From: Podarcis muralis | Lineage: Eukaryota | Reading direction: 5' to 3' | NCBI RefSeq assembly: GCF_964188315.1 | Contig: NC_135655.1 | Span: forward strand, 106,330,001 to 106,394,000 | DNA: 64,000 bases | In this document: piece by piece, positions 59,338-64,000 of the stretch | Layout of the letters: each line of letters starts with the position of its first letter | Numbering within the stretch: the first letter of the stretch is position 1 | Program-made: the position numbers and the translations under genes | Notes under the pieces: model-generated | Told to the model about the DNA's origin: nothing | Seen by the model: only the letters and a program-made list of their open reading frames with translations | The model's database searches: none

Positions 59338-61579
59338 AACTCCCTTTGTTCCAGATTGACTCCCATGGATCTGAATCTACCATAGGAGATCAGGCACTGA
59401 AGCGGTTTCAACAAAAGTACACTTCACTTTCAGAACCAGGCAGGGTTTTATTTAAGTGTGCGTGTTTCATAGCGTCCCCAGTTTTAAAACACATTACACA
59501 GTCTGTAGCTTGTGTAGCGGGCTCCCGTGGGAGTTTTCTCGAGGGTAAGTAAGTCACACTGAGTTTCAATGGGACTGTCTTTCTAGGAAGCGCGCTTTGG
59601 ATTGGGCTCGCAGCCTCATCTCCTGCTCATCCAGAATATCAAAGCTGCAATTCTATACGCATTTATTTAAAATATTTATACTGCGCCTCTTCGGTGGTAC
59701 TCCCACTGCAGCTTACAAAAGCTAGACAAACAAAAACAGGATATTAAAAGAGTTTATGATAAAGGAAGGATAAGAATTACGCTGGCACCAGGCAGATTTG
59801 TCTGCCAAAGGAGATCAGGAAAAAGGGGCCACAACTGAGAAGACCTTCTTGGTGGTCACCTCACCCCAGATGGTGGGTACCTGGGAGAAAGCCCCCAACT
59901 ATGACTTCAAATCACCGACACGTCGGTACTGGGTCTTATTTGGGCGCTTATTTTGGAATCGCTTCCTCACATGGATGTTGTGAGGGGAGCGAAAAAACGG
60001 GGAGCGAAAAAACCATGTAGCTTCTTGGAGGAAAGGTGGGCTACAAAATGAACCCTTCCACTGAACTCAGGACGCCTCTAGACACAATAAAAATTGGCCT
60101 GACACGGCCTACCTCTGTACACACTACCTATCAAAAGCGCCATGTGCAGAAAAAAATTAACTGGTCATCCCTTTAATAAGAATATTTTCCACCCCACAGA
60201 CTCCAGCAGAGAACAAACTAGCGTCTCTGCCATTAGGCTTCCTATACAGCACTAAATAAATGCTAAGCAGAGTTCCGCATCTTTGATAATAGCGCAGGGC
60301 AACCTCGAGCGAAGATTCCTGAACATCCTATTTACTTATTTGTCAAGAGGGCGCGATCCTATGCACTTCTACCTAGGGGCAAAAACACATGGCTCAGGTA
60401 GGCTGCAATCCTATACCCTCTCTCCTCGATTTCCACGTAGCCATGCATAGGATCGCGCTGCGCGGCTATTCACGCTTCTGGAACGCGAACCGAAGCCAGG
60501 CCTGCAAGCTAATTCCACAAAAAATGAAGAATTGTTGAAGAGCGGAGGGGACGAGATGGTGGGGTGGGCGCTTGGGGGTGGGGTTTGATTATTTTTTTGT
60601 AGGTGGCATAGGGGCGGGAACCCCATCCGGGTTTGTAGTGGAACTGGAGCGCAATCGAGCAGCAACGCCAAGCCAGTCTCCAGGCTTCCCTTCGATGGCA
60701 TCTTCCTCAGCTCTGACTGGGATCCCTCCGAAGAGATGCTGCGAACAATATTGCAAATCCCAGAGGGACTTTTGCCTGAGAGAGCCAGCCGCAAAACTTG
60801 AGCCATCCTCCCGGGTATATCCTCAGCTGGGGCTGCGGCGCGCTGGACTGCCTAGGCTCAACTGATTTCCATGGGACGTTTCCCTCGCTTGTTGCATTGT
60901 TTGTATTTAATAAGAATATCTTGTTCTGTTTGTTTTGTCTCCTGGGAGCCAATAAAGCTGTGAAGTTTTTCTTTACACCAAATGCAGCTCTACGGGCGAT
61001 CAATCAATGGGTAGTTTTTGGATAATCTGTGAGAGTGAGAAATCTAATAATGCAAGCAGCTCAAAAAAAAGGGAAAACAGTCTATTTTCTCTTAGGTTAG
61101 CTGAGCCAGGACTAGCTAGAACCGTATATTTCAGGCATGAGATAGTGCATTTGTGTCTCTGTGTGTATGGACAACGTGTGTTCTCCCTTCGATGGCTTCT
61201 GTTTGCATTATGGAATATTAAATACTGGATTATTTAATACTATTTGCATATGGAATATTAATATATATGGAATGTAAATACGAACGTGAGCGTAACAATG
61301 CTCTCTTTCCACCTGTGATTCCCCAGCCAGAAGCATACAGCTCTGTTGCTGGACCAGTAGTCATTGGCAGGCTCGAACTTTCATTTAAAGCAGTGGAATC
61401 CTCGGACTGAGGAGGCCGCGGTCCTAAACACAAGGATTAGGATGGGAGTCTGGAAGAAAAACGGACGCAGACGGCGCTCCGAGCTCAATGTGCATGGATA
61501 GGACTGTCCCTCTTACTTTTTTAAATGTACTTTTTAAAGTTTCAAGTACAGGAAACAAGCTGCAGGTAGGCAAGACACC

Positions 61580-61712
61580 TAGAATCATCGAGTTGGAAAG
61601 GACCAGGAGGGTCATCTAGTGAGACCATGAAGGAATCTTTTTGCCCAACGCAGGAATCTTTTGGCCCAAAGTGGGGCTCGAACACACAGCCCTGAGATTA
61701 AGAGTCTCATGC
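61580..61712 (-). mobile_element. truncated tRNA-Lys(CTT)-derived SINE with CR1-like tail
   Basis: Minus strand gcatgagactcttaatctcagggctgtgtgttcgagccccactttgggc resembles the 3' part of tRNA-Lys; tail ends tccaactcgatgattcta. Confidence 0.7.
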
Positions 61713-63419
61713 GGTACGTTAAATCAAAACCGCGCATCGTGATCCTAACCATGGTTACTGAATGATACATTTATGTGCTTAGGTACAGTGTCTCCCCACA
61801 ACTTATGGCCGACCATTCTTGCATCGTGGAAATGAGGTTTCCAGGCAGTCGCCCATCCAGGCACAAACCCAACCTCGCTTAGCTTCAGCCCATCATGAGC
61901 TGATGAGACCAGTGCATTTCTCACTGACTCCCTGGCTGCCACATTGGGTAGATTTATCTCCCCCACCCACCCACATTGCATCCTGCCCTTTCTCCAAGGC
62001 TCTCGGTGAAAATGTCAACACACGTGGGGGGTCATCCTATCGCACGCTCACAACGCCCTCGTGAGGTAGATTAGCCCAAGATAAGGGGAGTTAGTCAAGA
62101 CTGCCCATTGGTCTGTGTAGCTGTGCGGGGGAACTGAACCTAAACGGCTACGAGCCCACCAATCGGAGTAGAGGGATTTCAGTGGGAGAGTCAAGCAATT
62201 GAAATCAGAGAGACTTCATAAATAGTGCCATGGCCCATTTTTAGGCTGCGATGGGAGCAAAACCCATTGAACCCAGTACAGTAGAAATATGGATGAATAA
62301 ATATGCATGTTTTGGATTGAATCACAGCTCCCAAGGACTTCTTAACACCGTGTATGAATGTTTTGGGTATTGTGAGCCGCCTTGAGCGCAATTGTTTGTG
62401 GCAAGTGGTGCACGGTGGGAGACGAACTTGGACAGGATTGGGCCACCCAAGAGACCAAACCACCTATCAGGATGCTCCCCATTTCAAGCCTCCCGCTTGC
62501 ATTCAGATGTCCGGATCCGATGGCGAATTTGTTCACAGTGGCCCCAGTACTGCATTTTTTAAAAATGCTATTAATAATAAAACAAAACAAGCCACAACCA
62601 CTCCCATGACTCTGGAGATGACAACTGAAAATCCCCCCCAAACAAATTGTTTAATCAATGAAGCGTCTAACAACTTTAACACTTCCTGGTCGCCTTGTTA
62701 ATAAATGTAATTTGAGGTAGATTTATAAACGGGAGGGGCGAGGGTGGGGGCAGATCTCCCCCATCTAAACAGCTAAATCATAGTTAGGCGCCGTTCACAT
62801 CTCCCAGATGCCTATGGACTCCTCGGAATTAGGTGTTAAATAGACAAAAGTGACCTAAACCGCCTTTAAAAGCACAGCATGACCATGTAATTTCTTTTTC
62901 TCTCCCCCCCTCCAGTTTGTGGGGGTTTTTTTTATTTAAAAAAAGATGAAACTTCTTTCCAAGTAGCTATCACCCAGATTTAGTGTGAAAAGTACTGTAA
63001 TTGTAATTCACGCCGTCAGGGTCTATGGCTGATAGACTATCAGCTGTTCTGTAGTTAGGGGAGGCCGTCTCCTTCGTTTTTTCTCTCTCTCTCTCTCTCT
63101 CTTTCCTCCCCCCACCTTCCCCCCCCCTCCAAAGAGGAAAGCTGCCAAATGCTCCGCTATACCTCCAGCAAGCTAATCGGATGCCAAAACAGCAGCTGCA
63201 CACATATGCAAATTGGCAATTAATAATATAACATTCTGGGGTGCTTGTGGGGGGGGGGGGAGAAGAGGAAAGATAGAGAGAGATTTATTTTTTTTCAAAG
63301 GGAGGAGGGGAAGGGAGAAGGGAGGGGGGGAAGGAGCTACCTGAACACGAATAACCTTAACAGTGCCAGCGAAGCTCTGATCAGAATGGTGCAGAATTAA
63401 TGAGCCACTGGAGAGATTT

Positions 63420-63575
63420 NNNNNNNNNNNNNNNNNNNNNNNNNNNNNNNNNNNNNNNNNNNNNNNNNNNNNNNNNNNNNNNNNNNNNNNNNNNNNNNNN
63501 NNNNNNNNNNNNNNNNNNNNNNNNNNNNNNNNNNNNNNNNNNNNNNNNNNNNNNNNNNNNNNNNNNNNNNNNNNN
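63420..63575. other. assembly gap (156 N)
   Basis: Run of N. Confidence 1.
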
Positions 63576-64000
63576 AGTTTGCCCGGGTAGAAATAGCCCC
63601 AGCCACTTTGGGTTTTCCCCAGAAAAGAGAAGCTTCTACTTTAGTTTAGCATCGCTTTGTCTTTGTGCAAAAGAAAACAACGGGGGAGGGAATGTATGTG
63701 TGTGAGAGGGGAAGAAGATTCATTCATATAGATGTCATCAAGCACCCCCGGCCCAATAACACATCCCGACCACCCACCCACTGTCTCACCGATGACCCCC
63801 AAGCAAAGGAGCGGAGCAGACACGATTAACTGTGATTATTCCTCGCGTTTTGCGCGCATCCAGGAACAGGCGAAAGGGCTTGTCAGTTTTGCGCGGCGCT
63901 GCTGCTGCAGCAGCAGCATCACTAGCCGCCTGACGACCCAAAGAGCGCTTCCAGTAAGCTCCTCGTCTTGGCTGGCCACTGCCACCCCATCCCCTTTCCT

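Noticed and set aside
45100-64000. PSMD14 or TBR1 exons expected from mammalian synteny
   Set aside because: No JAMM-domain or T-box coding sequence recognised on either strand; presumably beyond the window

Overview
Vertebrate genomic DNA from a squamate reptile, probably a lacertid lizard (judged from Sauria-type and Squam3-type SINEs, BovB and the MITE families). It contains one protein-coding gene, TANK (TRAF family member-associated NF-kB activator), on the + strand. TANK has a CpG-island promoter and non-coding exon 1 near 9.7 kb and eight coding exons that I assembled by hand from 19895 to 42577 (1425 nt, 474 aa plus stop; all GT-AG junctions, phases consistent). It retains the TBK1-binding domain, the PIQCTD TRAF motif and the C-terminal zinc finger. 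The first ~31 kb is dense in young transposons. The 3' part of TANK and the gene-free 45-64 kb stretch are transposon-poor and carry CpG-rich, homeodomain/T-box-motif-rich blocks. These fit conserved enhancers of the TANK-PSMD14-TBR1 neighbourhood; PSMD14 and TBR1 themselves are not in the window. I found no prokaryote-type system and nothing I can call a proven new system. The best leads are an extra 60-aa coiled-coil exon, inverted SINEs around a 210-nt exon pair (candidate circRNA with a stop-free frame), a frame-switching pair of 5' acceptors, and a 1-kb transposon built from tandem hairpins. Human and mouse comparisons are from memory and must be verified by alignment.
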